Source: Candidatus Babeliales bacterium (GTDB lineage: Bacteria; Babelota; Babeliae; Babelales; JANWKD01). Taken from it: 64,000 nt of DNA. The notes under the pieces were generated by a model. It saw nothing but the letters and a program-made list of their open reading frames with translations, ran no database searches and had not been told where the DNA came from. The stretch covers positions 768,001 to 832,000 of the forward strand of contig OY969622.1 in assembly GCA_963701665.1 (NCBI GenBank), read 5' to 3'. Positions 30,712 to 39,798 of this stretch are shown here, piece after piece. Both the position numbers and the translations under genes were made by a program. Position 1 is the first letter of the stretch, and each line of letters opens with the position of its first letter.

Positions 30712-32013
30712 ATGGCATTACCCAATCAAGGTCTACAATTCAAACTTCATCGTGATTTTCCACATCTCTATCGCGCGACCATTATTATCCCAGAGCTCAT
30801 TGTTAATGGTATTTATAATCAAGCAACACTCGCACATCGTAACATTGTGCACACGCATGGTTTTGCAAAAGGTGAGACACCACGCACCTACGTTGAAAAA
30901 AATTATCGCTCGAGCATTCTTGTCCATGTCAAAGAGTTTCTATTCAAATACCTTGTCATTGGTTTTTTATTTAACCAGATAAAACTGCAAAAAGTGGTCG
31001 TCGCTGGTGACCCTCGCTTGCTTGAAATTTCGATTGAACCAAATAAATCTGCTGAATTTGTGTTTGAACTTTCCATCGGCCCAACCATAAACTTAAAATC
31101 TTGGAAAAATATTGTTTTTAAGGCACCCAAGAGAAAAAATTACAAAGATATTGATCGACAAGTTGAAACATTCATTAAAGATGAACAAAATTTAATGAAA
31201 AAGTTTACCAATACTGCTATTCGCGTTGGCGATTGGGTATGTTTTGATATTCATATTCTTGGTGAAGATGCAACAGCAACTTTCAATGATTATCGTGAAA
31301 ATCTTTGGCTGCATATTGGCAATGAAGAAGCTGATGAGCCATTCCAATCACTTTTTATAGGAAAGAAAAAAGGTGATACATTCTGCACACGTCAGCAATG
31401 CCTACAGGAATATTTTAGTTCATCAATTGCAACTAACTATGAATTTTGCATCGAAGTAAAAGATGTCGTTCATAACTCTTATTTTTCGGTCGATCATTTG
31501 AAACATCATTTCCGACTAAAAACAAATAAAGATTTACAACAAAAACTTATTGAAGTTTTTTCGTACCGCAATGATTTATCACTACGGCGCGCAATTGTAG
31601 AAGAAGCACTCACCTTACTCATCAATAAACATGAATTTGATGTTCCCAATTATTTAGTATTGCGGGAACAACAGATCGTTCTTGAATCGGTGGTAACTAA
31701 TCCAGATTATTTAGTGTATAAAACACAACCCAATTTCAAAGATTACATTCACAAACTCGCGTTAAAACAAGCAAAAGAAACACTTATTATTGATCAATTA
31801 TGCTTTGAAGAAAATATAAGTGCATCAACTGAAGATATTAAAAGTTTGTTACATTTAACAAAAACACCAAGAACTAAAGAGTTTATTTACTTTAAATTGC
31901 CATCGACTAAACTTGAAGCACAAGAAGTGCCGGTTTCTGCGGCATTTTTTAAACAAAGTTGTTTACGCGAAAAAACATTGAATCATGTAATTTATCATTG
32001 GACAAAGAGATAG
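30712..32013 (+). CDS. tig: trigger factor (divergent)
   Basis: GFAKGETP (GFRxGxxP-like), GDWVCFD, FIGKKKGD; the usual tRNA-Leu-tig arrangement. Confidence 0.8.
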   Translation: MALPNQGLQFKLHRDFPHLYRATIIIPELIVNGIYNQATLAHRNIVHTHGFAKGETPRTYVEKNYRSSILVHVKEFLFKYLVIGFLFNQIKLQKVVVAGDPRLLEISIEPNKSAEFVFELSIGPTINLKSWKNIVFKAPKRKNYKDIDRQVETFIKDEQNLMKKFTNTAIRVGDWVCFDIHILGEDATATFNDYRENLWLHIGNEEADEPFQSLFIGKKKGDTFCTRQQCLQEYFSSSIATNYEFCIEVKDVVHNSYFSVDHLKHHFRLKTNKDLQQKLIEVFSYRNDLSLRRAIVEEALTLLINKHEFDVPNYLVLREQQIVLESVVTNPDYLVYKTQPNFKDYIHKLALKQAKETLIIDQLCFEENISASTEDIKSLLHLTKTPRTKEFIYFKLPSTKLEAQEVPVSAAFFKQSCLREKTLNHVIYHWTKR

Positions 32014-32018
32014 AACTC

Positions 32019-32954
32019 ATGACACAAGAAACTGTTCATAAACTCATCATCCTTGGTGCTGGACCTGCGGGTTTAACAGCGGGTATTTATGCTGGACGTG
32101 CCCTTCTTGCCCCACTCATTATTGAGGGAAAAAATCCGGGAGGCCAGCTCATGGGGACATCATATGTTGAAAATTGGCCAGGAGAAAAACATATTCTAGG
32201 CCCTAAGCTCATGATTAACATTCAAGAACATGCTAAAGCGTCTGGCTGTTTATTTTTGCAAGAAGAAGTTGTGTCAGTTGATTTCAAGAAACGTCCGTTT
32301 ACTATCGTTACGAATAAAAATAAAACATTATTGGCACATGCAATTATTATTGCGACGGGTGCAACCCCAAAACGCTTAGGATGCCCCGGTGAAGATACCT
32401 ATTGGGGAAAAGGAGTATCAACCTGTGCAGTATGCGATGGGGCTTTTTATAAAGATCAACCTGTTGTCATTATTGGTGGTGGCGATACAGCCATGGAAGA
32501 TGCATCTTTCATGAGCAATTTCACCAAAGATATAACCATTATTCATATTGGTGAAGCTTTCACGGCATCACCTGCAATGCAAGAACGCATCAAAAATATG
32601 AATTTTATTAAAATTATATATCAAAGTACGGTCACTGAGATTAAGGGCGATGGTAATCACGTTACGAGTGTTATCGTTACTCACCAAAAAACGCACGAAA
32701 AAACTACATTAAAAGTTGATGCTGCGTTCCTAGCTATTGGCTTAACGCCTAACACTGCGCCATTTAAAGGTCAAATTGATCTACTCAATAATGGTTATCT
32801 CAAGGTTACTAACCACACCTATACATCGGTACCGGGTGTTTTTAGTGCTGGTGATGTTGCCGATTTTAGATATCGTCAAGCAATAACCTCTGCCGGGTCA
32901 GGATGCATGGCAGCCTTAGATGCTGAACGCTATCTAAAAGAACAGCAAAAATAA
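32019..32954 (+). CDS. trxB: thioredoxin-disulfide reductase
   Basis: GAGPAGLTA, GKGVSTCAVCDG, GGGDTAMED, FSAGDV, RQAITSAGSG. Confidence 0.97.
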   Translation: MTQETVHKLIILGAGPAGLTAGIYAGRALLAPLIIEGKNPGGQLMGTSYVENWPGEKHILGPKLMINIQEHAKASGCLFLQEEVVSVDFKKRPFTIVTNKNKTLLAHAIIIATGATPKRLGCPGEDTYWGKGVSTCAVCDGAFYKDQPVVIIGGGDTAMEDASFMSNFTKDITIIHIGEAFTASPAMQERIKNMNFIKIIYQSTVTEIKGDGNHVTSVIVTHQKTHEKTTLKVDAAFLAIGLTPNTAPFKGQIDLLNNGYLKVTNHTYTSVPGVFSAGDVADFRYRQAITSAGSGCMAALDAERYLKEQQK

Positions 32955-33019
32955 AATTAATTCCTTTAAGGATGTATTAAAATTCTGGATCCCCACGGCG
33001 CTTCGCGCCTCGGGATGAC
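32951..33019. repeat. palindromic miniature element, half copy
   Basis: TTCCTTTAAGGA spacer plus CTGGATCCCCACGG..CCTCGGGATGAC between convergent genes. Confidence 0.75.
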
Positions 33020-33028
33020 AACTTAGGT

Positions 33029-33586
33029 TTATTTTATGCCTAAATAATATTTAATCGTGTCCCATAAAGAATATTGCATCATTGCATCTTGTTTTACTTC
33101 TTCTTTTGCTGGCAATAATTCCCATTCTTCTAGGCCTTTTTCAGTTTCATCGAGTGGGCTCTCAATGCACGCAACCTCTTTGTGTATAGTGCATAGATTG
33201 TCATACGCGGGCATCATGGCGCCATGATGCAATAAAAGATCAATGATATTAGATCCCTTGTTATGTTTTTTAGCGAATTCTAATGGACTCATCGAACTGA
33301 CATCAACGAGATTTGGATTCGCACCATGCTTTAATAACTCACGTATAACCATGGCCTCATGACCATTAGACTTATACAACGCTATCATCAAGGCTGTTTT
33401 ACCCTCATATGTTGCATTTGGATTCGCTCCTTCTTCAAGAAGCTTTTTTAAGGTAATGATATCGTTTCGCACAACTGCATCAAAAAGATCATAAGAAAGC
33501 GTTTCATCAAAGGTTTGATCAGAAACTGCACGCAATAAACATACGAAAAGACATAATATTGACGCATATTTTATCATAGGATTCAT
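33029..33586 (-). CDS. exported ankyrin-repeat protein
   Basis: Signal peptide; LLEEGANPN..GKTALMIA, LLKHGANPN; tail EEWELLP...SLWDTIKYYLG. Confidence 0.9.
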   Translation of the reverse strand: MNPMIKYASILCLFVCLLRAVSDQTFDETLSYDLFDAVVRNDIITLKKLLEEGANPNATYEGKTALMIALYKSNGHEAMVIRELLKHGANPNLVDVSSMSPLEFAKKHNKGSNIIDLLLHHGAMMPAYDNLCTIHKEVACIESPLDETEKGLEEWELLPAKEEVKQDAMMQYSLWDTIKYYLGIK

Positions 33587-33609
33587 AGTTGATAATAGCT
33601 TTCGTTTAT

Positions 33610-34179
33610 TTAATACCCTAAATAATACTTAACAACATCCCATAGCGAACGTTGCTTTGATGCTTCTTCTTCCGCTATTTCTTCTTTCGTTGGTAAGAAT
33701 TCCCATTCTTTTAGCTCTTGCTCGGCTTGCTCATAAGGACATTCTTGAGGTGCAACTGCGCCGGGGGTATAACCAGCACTCGCGCGTGGCGTAATTTGAG
33801 CGCCATATTGCAACAAAAGATTAATAACTTTAGGATCTTTTTGATATTGAGTCGCATATTCTAATGGACTCATCAAGCTTGCATCAACAAGATTAGGATT
33901 AGCACCGTTTTTGAGTAATTCATCAACAATAACAACCTCATTGCCATTTGATGTATGGAGGGCCACCATCAATGGTGTTTTACCTTCATATTTTGCATTA
34001 AGATTAGCTCCTTGATTAATGAGCTTTTTCAACGTAACGCTATCATTTCGTTCGACGGCATTTAAAAGATCATATGAAAGCAGGTCATGAGTAACTTGTC
34101 GCGAAAAAGGGCGTTCTACTGCATGTAAAGCAACCATAAAAACGCTTAATACTAATACATATTTCATATTAAACTTCAT
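33610..34179 (-). CDS. exported ankyrin-repeat protein (paralog of 33029..33586)
   Basis: GKTPLMVA, LLKNGANPN; tail KEWEFLP...SLWDVVKYYLGY. Confidence 0.9.
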   Translation of the reverse strand: MKFNMKYVLVLSVFMVALHAVERPFSRQVTHDLLSYDLLNAVERNDSVTLKKLINQGANLNAKYEGKTPLMVALHTSNGNEVVIVDELLKNGANPNLVDASLMSPLEYATQYQKDPKVINLLLQYGAQITPRASAGYTPGAVAPQECPYEQAEQELKEWEFLPTKEEIAEEEASKQRSLWDVVKYYLGY

Positions 34180-34723
34180 ATTTACCTCCTACTTCAATAA
34201 GTGTCCAATCTTCTTCTTCAGGATTGATCTCAATAAATTCCTTTTGCAATCTTGCTAATTCGCGTTCTTTTCTCTCTTTTTCTCGTTGCACACGATTTGT
34301 TGCAAGATAATCATCCATAGTTTTGCCATAGGCGTCTTTCACCTCGGAATCAGCACCTGCGGAAAGTAATAAATTCATAGGATCTGTATAGCCAAAATCA
34401 GCAGCAAAGGTTAATGCCGTCATGCCATTGCCGGCGATAAAATCTAATCCATTATTTTTTCGGGCCGTTTCCAATAAATATTCTAAAATACTCGCATCAA
34501 CGCGATCAGTAAAATTTTCAATTTGATGCATAATTGCAGTTTTTCCATCCCTTTGAGCATTAGGATTAGCCCCTAAAAGTAATAATGTTTCTACCATAGT
34601 AGGTCGATTAGAACCTCTTTGAAGAATTACATCAATTAATTGCTGATCCCGTTCAGAATTTGCATACATGGCTCCTGTTAAAAAAGCCAGTATTATCACT
34701 ACTATCTTTTTCATTACCCTCAC
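34169..34723 (-). CDS. exported ankyrin-repeat protein
   Basis: LLLLGANPN..GKTAIM, GMTALTFAA, LLSAGAD; tail EEEDWTLI. Confidence 0.88.
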   Translation of the reverse strand: MRVMKKIVVIILAFLTGAMYANSERDQQLIDVILQRGSNRPTMVETLLLLGANPNAQRDGKTAIMHQIENFTDRVDASILEYLLETARKNNGLDFIAGNGMTALTFAADFGYTDPMNLLLSAGADSEVKDAYGKTMDDYLATNRVQREKERKERELARLQKEFIEINPEEEDWTLIEVGGKYEV

Positions 34724-34936
34724 TCCTTTTAAGGTAGCTACCTTCTTTTAATATTAACTGTATCAAAATATTATTTCACATTGCAATTAAATGTTTTATT
34801 TTTAAACAAAATCATTTCTTGGCCAAGGTTATTCCTACAAAACAGAAGGGATAATTTGAAAAAAAATCTTTTTAAACATATACTTTTAGTACAATTTAAC
34901 AAAAGAAACACCTGTTTTTGTAAGGATCTTTTAATC

Positions 34937-35071
34937 ATGTCAATTACCTACAAGCCAAGCCGCCGTAAACGAAGTAGAAAGCACGGATTTCGTAAAAGAA
35001 TGTCGACAAAAGATGGCAGAAAAATAGTTAATCGCCGTCGGTCAAAAGGAAGAAAACGTCTAACGGTTTAA
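34937..35071 (+). CDS. rpmH: 50S ribosomal protein L34
   Basis: [39 protein letters not shown]. Confidence 0.97.
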   Translation: MSITYKPSRRKRSRKHGFRKRMSTKDGRKIVNRRRSKGRKRLTV

Positions 35072-35073
35072 TC

Positions 35074-35424
35074 GTGAACGAAAAACCTTCTTTTGGTATC
35101 CTGAGCAGTTTTAACAAGCAAGAAATAAAAAGATTGTTTAGAACTGCTCAAACGGTATATCAAACACCCGGCGTTATAATTAAAAAAGCACCTAAACTAG
35201 GCACTTTTGGCAGAATTTTAATAGTTACGCCTAAAAAAGCCGGTACTGCTCCTGTGCGCAATCTTATTCGACGTCGCCTAAAACATATTTTTTTTACCAA
35301 TCAGTTATATGAAAAGCCGTATGATATTATAGTGTTAGTAGCAGCACCTGCACAAACACTTTCATTCTCCACATTGCAAGAACTTCTCATCAACCTCTAT
35401 GACAAAAAAAACACCCCTCATTAA
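35074..35424 (+). CDS. rnpA: ribonuclease P protein component
   Basis: KKAGTAPVRNLIRRRLK (RNR-like motif); follows rpmH. Confidence 0.9.
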   Translation: MNEKPSFGILSSFNKQEIKRLFRTAQTVYQTPGVIIKKAPKLGTFGRILIVTPKKAGTAPVRNLIRRRLKHIFFTNQLYEKPYDIIVLVAAPAQTLSFSTLQELLINLYDKKNTPH

Positions 35425-35608
35425 CAGTTTTTTCATTATCCTTTTTAAAACATTCCGCCCTTTTCTAGGCCCTGCTTACTGTACCTTTTACCTTTCCTGT
35501 GGCCATTTTGCATGCCAAGAGCTAGCAGAAAAGAATATTATTACTGCTGCATGGTCAATCACAAAACGCCTAGTCGCCTGTACATTCTCGTTTAAAAAAT
35601 CAGAGTAA
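35399..35608 (+). CDS. yidD: membrane protein insertion efficiency factor YidD (divergent)
   Basis: C-x-F-x-x-S-C and RLVAC three-Cys pattern; follows rnpA. Confidence 0.7.
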   Translation: MTKKTPLINSFFIILFKTFRPFLGPAYCTFYLSCGHFACQELAEKNIITAAWSITKRLVACTFSFKKSE

Positions 35609-37027
35609 TCGACTTACAAGATTACTCAATTCACTACGTTCACTGCATTCAAGGAAGACCATGCCAAAAAGATGTTCCCCTTTAAATTTACTGCTAGCGA
35701 CAACAAGACCATTACTACTAAAATCTAAATATGGCGTATCAATCTGATAAGGGTCACCCGCTAAAACAATTTTACTTCCCTCGCCTACGCGACTGATTAA
35801 TGTTTTTACTTCATGCGGAGTTAGATTTTGTACTTCATCAAGCAAGATATACTGAAACGGTATTGATCGACCACGCATATAGGTGATTGCTTCGAGGCTA
35901 ATTTTTCCTTCACGAATAAGATGATCGAGTGAATCTAACGGCCTACTATGTTTTTTATTATGATGTTTTTGATGTTTTAAATGTTTTTCAAATTGCTTAC
36001 GATTCATACCCTTTTTACCCGAATAAAAAGGCTGCTCCTGATAATAGTGTTCTTCTTCATGCTGCGAAATATTAGCAGCGTAGCTACTAATAAATTCCAT
36101 ATTATCATACATTGGCTGCATCCAACTGCGTAATTTTTCCTCTATGGTTCCTGGCAAATAACCAATATCAGGACCTAATGGAATAACAGGACGAGAAATG
36201 AGCATCTTTTTATACTGATCACTCACAAGAATTTGCTGCAGCCCAGCTAGAAGCGCCAAAAATGTTTTTCCTGTTCCCGCAGGTCCGATGAGACTCACTA
36301 ACGGTATGGCAGGATCTAATAATAAATCTAATGCCATAGCTTGTTGGGGATTTCTCGCTTCCAATGGCCAGCGCAATGAAGGGGGTTGAAACCGTTTAAA
36401 ATTTTTACCACCAAGATACCGAAATAGTTTATAATTCATTGGATTGTTACGGCTTGTAACTAAAATAAATTCATTGTAGGTTAATGTTTTTTCTCTGGCT
36501 AACTCAAGGAGATCATCAGGAAATTCTTTTTTCAATTGCATGGCAGGAACTTCTAAATGGCGCCACCCCTTATAAATTTTTTCTTTAGAAACACCATTTT
36601 TTTCATAATCTAAACTTTTTAACCCTATAACATCAGCCTTCACGCGCGCGTTTAGATCTTTCGAAACAAAATAAACTTCATAACCCTGCTTTTTTAAACA
36701 AAGCCCGGTCATCAGGATTTCGTTATCGGCAATGTCCGTCTTGAGCGGCATGGGGCACGGTTCATCAGGCAAAAAAAGAACCTTTACAATACTCCCGTTT
36801 TCTAAATGAACACCCGTTCGTAAAGACCCTCGTTTACGCAATCCATCTAATCTACGGATAACTGCACGCGTTCCTGCTCCGCGCTCGGTACTTTCAACTT
36901 TAAACTTATCTAATTCTTCAAGCACAATAATTGAAATGCCCACTAATTCTTTCTCGAAGTTTAATAATGATTCTGGGTCATAAATCAACACACTGGTATC
37001 TAAAAGATATATTCTTTTTTCTGCCAT
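35600..37027 (-). CDS. PIN-PhoH family protein (PhoH2/YlaK-like)
   Basis: YLLDTSVL, LEELD, VSKDLNARVKA (PIN); GPAGTGKT, YMRGRS, DEVQN, GDPYQID (PhoH). Confidence 0.92.
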   Translation of the reverse strand: MAEKRIYLLDTSVLIYDPESLLNFEKELVGISIIVLEELDKFKVESTERGAGTRAVIRRLDGLRKRGSLRTGVHLENGSIVKVLFLPDEPCPMPLKTDIADNEILMTGLCLKKQGYEVYFVSKDLNARVKADVIGLKSLDYEKNGVSKEKIYKGWRHLEVPAMQLKKEFPDDLLELAREKTLTYNEFILVTSRNNPMNYKLFRYLGGKNFKRFQPPSLRWPLEARNPQQAMALDLLLDPAIPLVSLIGPAGTGKTFLALLAGLQQILVSDQYKKMLISRPVIPLGPDIGYLPGTIEEKLRSWMQPMYDNMEFISSYAANISQHEEEHYYQEQPFYSGKKGMNRKQFEKHLKHQKHHNKKHSRPLDSLDHLIREGKISLEAITYMRGRSIPFQYILLDEVQNLTPHEVKTLISRVGEGSKIVLAGDPYQIDTPYLDFSSNGLVVASSKFKGEHLFGMVFLECSERSELSNLVSRLL

Positions 37028-37258
37028 TAGCTTCCTTAGTAACGTAGTAATTTCTCGTACCTGTGAACTCTACTACCTCCTCTTATACTTAAAAACAAGC
37101 ATACATGAGCTAAAGCTCTCCTTTTATTTATGTTGTACGTATTCCTGCATTGCCATTGCTGAATAAACTATCTTCCGATAAGAAAATCTACGTAATTTTG
37201 ATTATAAAATGCAATTGCCTGACATATAATTGAGCATTCAGCACGAAAAGTACGTTAA

Positions 37259-37287
37259 TTGACAAATTTTACTTAAACAACTATGCT
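37259..37287 (+). promoter_or_regulatory. sigma70-type promoter upstream of the thrS leader
   Basis: TTGACA-17 nt-TATGCT. Confidence 0.6.
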
Positions 37288-37330
37288 ATATTTATAGCTA
37301 AAACACCTTAAAAATACTTAAGGAGTCTCG

Positions 37331-37429
37331 ATGCAACGCCATACATTGCATGGTAATCTCTCTCTCATCTCATATATACTTAGCAAGACGTTCTTTTACG
37401 CTACTCCTAGAGCTCAAACAACTGCCTAA
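37331..37429 (+). CDS. candidate 32-aa upstream ORF / leader peptide
   Basis: AAGGAG RBS; MQRHTLHGNLSLISYILSKTFFYATPRAQTTA; stop codon forms the loop of hairpin ACTGCC-TAA-GGCAGT. Confidence 0.35.
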   Translation: MQRHTLHGNLSLISYILSKTFFYATPRAQTTA

Positions 37430-37580
37430 GGCAGTACACTATTTTTAAAAAAATTATTATTCTTTAAGCACATACATATTTTGCTCGTTATCTAAGAAAA
37501 ATTGCCTCTACAATAGTACTAGCCGTATCTATAGATCAGCTGTTTAGTTCTATTAAAAAAATTATGTAAGGAATTTGACT

Positions 37581-39284
37581 ATGAGTTCTTCAGAAAAATT
37601 ACAGATATTACGTCACTCCACTGCACATCTTTTGGCACAAGCAATCCTTGAATTATACCCAAAAACAATATTAACAATTGGTCCGGCAACAAAGGATGGC
37701 TTTTTTTATGATGTTTTACCAGAACGAAACTTCAAAGAAGAAGATTTACCTATTCTTGAAGCACGAATGCACGAGCTTTCAAAGAAAAATTACCCAATTA
37801 CCCATAAAGAAATTTCAAAAGAAAAAGCACGAGAAATATTTAAAAATAACCCTTTTAAACTTGAACTGATCGATAGTATTCCTGGTGATACGGTTGGATT
37901 ATCACAACAAGGAGATTTTTATGATCTTTGTCGTGGAGGCCACGTTGCATCAACAGGCGATATAAAATATTTTAAATTACTCAATATTTCCGGTTCCTAT
38001 TGGCGTGCCGATAGAAGTAATCAAGCATTACAGCGTATTACTGGTACAGCATTTTTAACCCAACAAGATTTTGATGAGCATGAGCGATTAAAACAAGAAG
38101 CTGAAAAGTACGACCATCGCAGGCTTGGAAAACAGATGGATCTTTTCTCATTTCATGATGAAGGTGTTGGTTTTCCTTTCTTTCATCCAAAAGGCAAACT
38201 CGTTATTAATCTTTTGACTAACTTTCTCAAAAAAATTCTTGAGCAGTACGATTATAAAGAAATTGCAACACCCATCATGCTCAGCGATGATTTGTGGAAG
38301 CAATCAGGCCATTATGCCCACTACAAAGACAACATGTATTTTTGTTCCATTGATGAAAAAACATACGCAATTCGTCCTATGAATTGTCCTGGCGCTATTT
38401 TGACGTATAAAGAACGCCCTCGATCATATCGCGAATTACCGCTCAAACTTGCAGAATTCGGACTTGTCCATCGGCATGAGTTATCCGGCGTATTACATGG
38501 ATTATTCCGTGTACGAGCATTTACGCAGGATGACGCTCATGTTTTTTGCACCGTTGATCAATTGCATCATGAAGTTGCTTCGATGGTCGCTATGATTTTC
38601 GATGTATACAAAAAATTTGATTTTACGGCAGTAAAAGTAGCAATTTCAACCAAACCTGCTCATGCTATGGGAAGTAACGAACTTTGGGACAAAGCAACCA
38701 CTGCTCTTAAACATGCTCTTGATGAAGCCGGCATCTCATACTCTATCAAGGAAGGTGAAGGAGCATTCTATGGACCAAAAATTGAATTTATCATACAAGA
38801 TTCCATGGGACGTGAATGGCAATGCGGCACTATTCAAGTCGACTTTGCTCAGCCCGAGAACTTCGATCTAAGCTATATTTCTCCTCAAGGTATCAAAGAA
38901 CGTCCAGTTATGATACATCGTGCTATTTACGGTTCAATGGAAAGATTTTTTGGCATTCTCCTGGAACATTATAAAGGGCATTTGCCATTCTGGCTGGCTC
39001 CTGTGCAAATAAGAATTCTCACTATCACCGATGAACAGAAGGAATATGCTAATTCCATCCTGGTAAAGCTAAAAGAATATGGGGTACGTGCAGAGATTGA
39101 TCATTCATCTGATCCTATTTCAGGGCAGATTAAATCAGCACAGATAGAAAAAGTACCCTGGATGTTGGTTTTGGGTAAAAAAGAGATGGCCTCTAATACC
39201 ATCACATTGCGTTATTTTGATGGTAAACAAGAAATGGGTTTAACCTTTGAAGAATTAGTTGCCAAGATAAAAGCTCATTCTTAA
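37581..39284 (+). CDS. thrS: threonine--tRNA ligase (no N-terminal TGS domain)
   Basis: LRHSTAHLLA, DLCRGGH, DHRRLG, RPMNCPG, FTQDDAH, GAFYGPK, IHRAIYGSMERF. Confidence 0.98.
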   Translation: MSSSEKLQILRHSTAHLLAQAILELYPKTILTIGPATKDGFFYDVLPERNFKEEDLPILEARMHELSKKNYPITHKEISKEKAREIFKNNPFKLELIDSIPGDTVGLSQQGDFYDLCRGGHVASTGDIKYFKLLNISGSYWRADRSNQALQRITGTAFLTQQDFDEHERLKQEAEKYDHRRLGKQMDLFSFHDEGVGFPFFHPKGKLVINLLTNFLKKILEQYDYKEIATPIMLSDDLWKQSGHYAHYKDNMYFCSIDEKTYAIRPMNCPGAILTYKERPRSYRELPLKLAEFGLVHRHELSGVLHGLFRVRAFTQDDAHVFCTVDQLHHEVASMVAMIFDVYKKFDFTAVKVAISTKPAHAMGSNELWDKATTALKHALDEAGISYSIKEGEGAFYGPKIEFIIQDSMGREWQCGTIQVDFAQPENFDLSYISPQGIKERPVMIHRAIYGSMERFFGILLEHYKGHLPFWLAPVQIRILTITDEQKEYANSILVKLKEYGVRAEIDHSSDPISGQIKSAQIEKVPWMLVLGKKEMASNTITLRYFDGKQEMGLTFEELVAKIKAHS

Positions 39285-39465
39285 AAAAGCCTTTATTTTA
39301 GCTGTTTTCTCACTCTATAAATTTTCTAAGTGGCATTATATTAGAAAACAAAAAAAAATAAATTTAAATTTGTTTTTGAAAAACCATTGACTTCACCTGG
39401 CTATACTGTTTACATTGAAAGTGTAGGTATGAAGTTGTAGTGTTAACATTTATCAAGGAGATACA

Positions 39466-39729
39466 ATGGTCGCAAAAAGAAAAAAAGCTGCATCAAAGAA
39501 AAAAAGAACAACAAAAAGAGCTACCAAACGTCGTGTAACAAAAAAACGTGCTGGCGCTAAGAGAAAAACAGCAAAAAGAGCTGGTGCAAAACGACGTACA
39601 GCTAAAAGAGCTGGTTCAAAACGCCGCGCATCAAAAAAACGCGCTGGTTCAAAAAGAAAAGTAGCTAAAAAAGCTAAAAGAAGACACAGCCATTTAAAAG
39701 TTGCGCTTAAAAACTTAATGGGTGCGTAA
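39466..39729 (+). CDS. histone H1-like Lys/Arg/Ala-rich basic protein
   Basis: Repeats of (A/K)KRAG(A/S)KR(K/R)x; AGGAG RBS; own terminator. Confidence 0.75.
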   Translation: MVAKRKKAASKKKRTTKRATKRRVTKKRAGAKRKTAKRAGAKRRTAKRAGSKRRASKKRAGSKRKVAKKAKRRHSHLKVALKNLMGA

Positions 39730-39748
39730 TTCTTTCTGAAGCTTAATC

Positions 39749-39798
39749 AAAAAAAGATAAAAGGCGATATAAACTTTTATGTTGCCTTTTATTTTTTT
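39749..39798. terminator. bidirectional terminator
   Basis: ATAAAAGGCGATATAAA/TTTATGTTGCCTTTTAT stem with A and T tracts, between convergent genes. Confidence 0.7.

Noticed and set aside
34724..34936. oriC upstream of rpmH
   Set aside because: No convincing TTATCCACA boxes and no dnaA in the window
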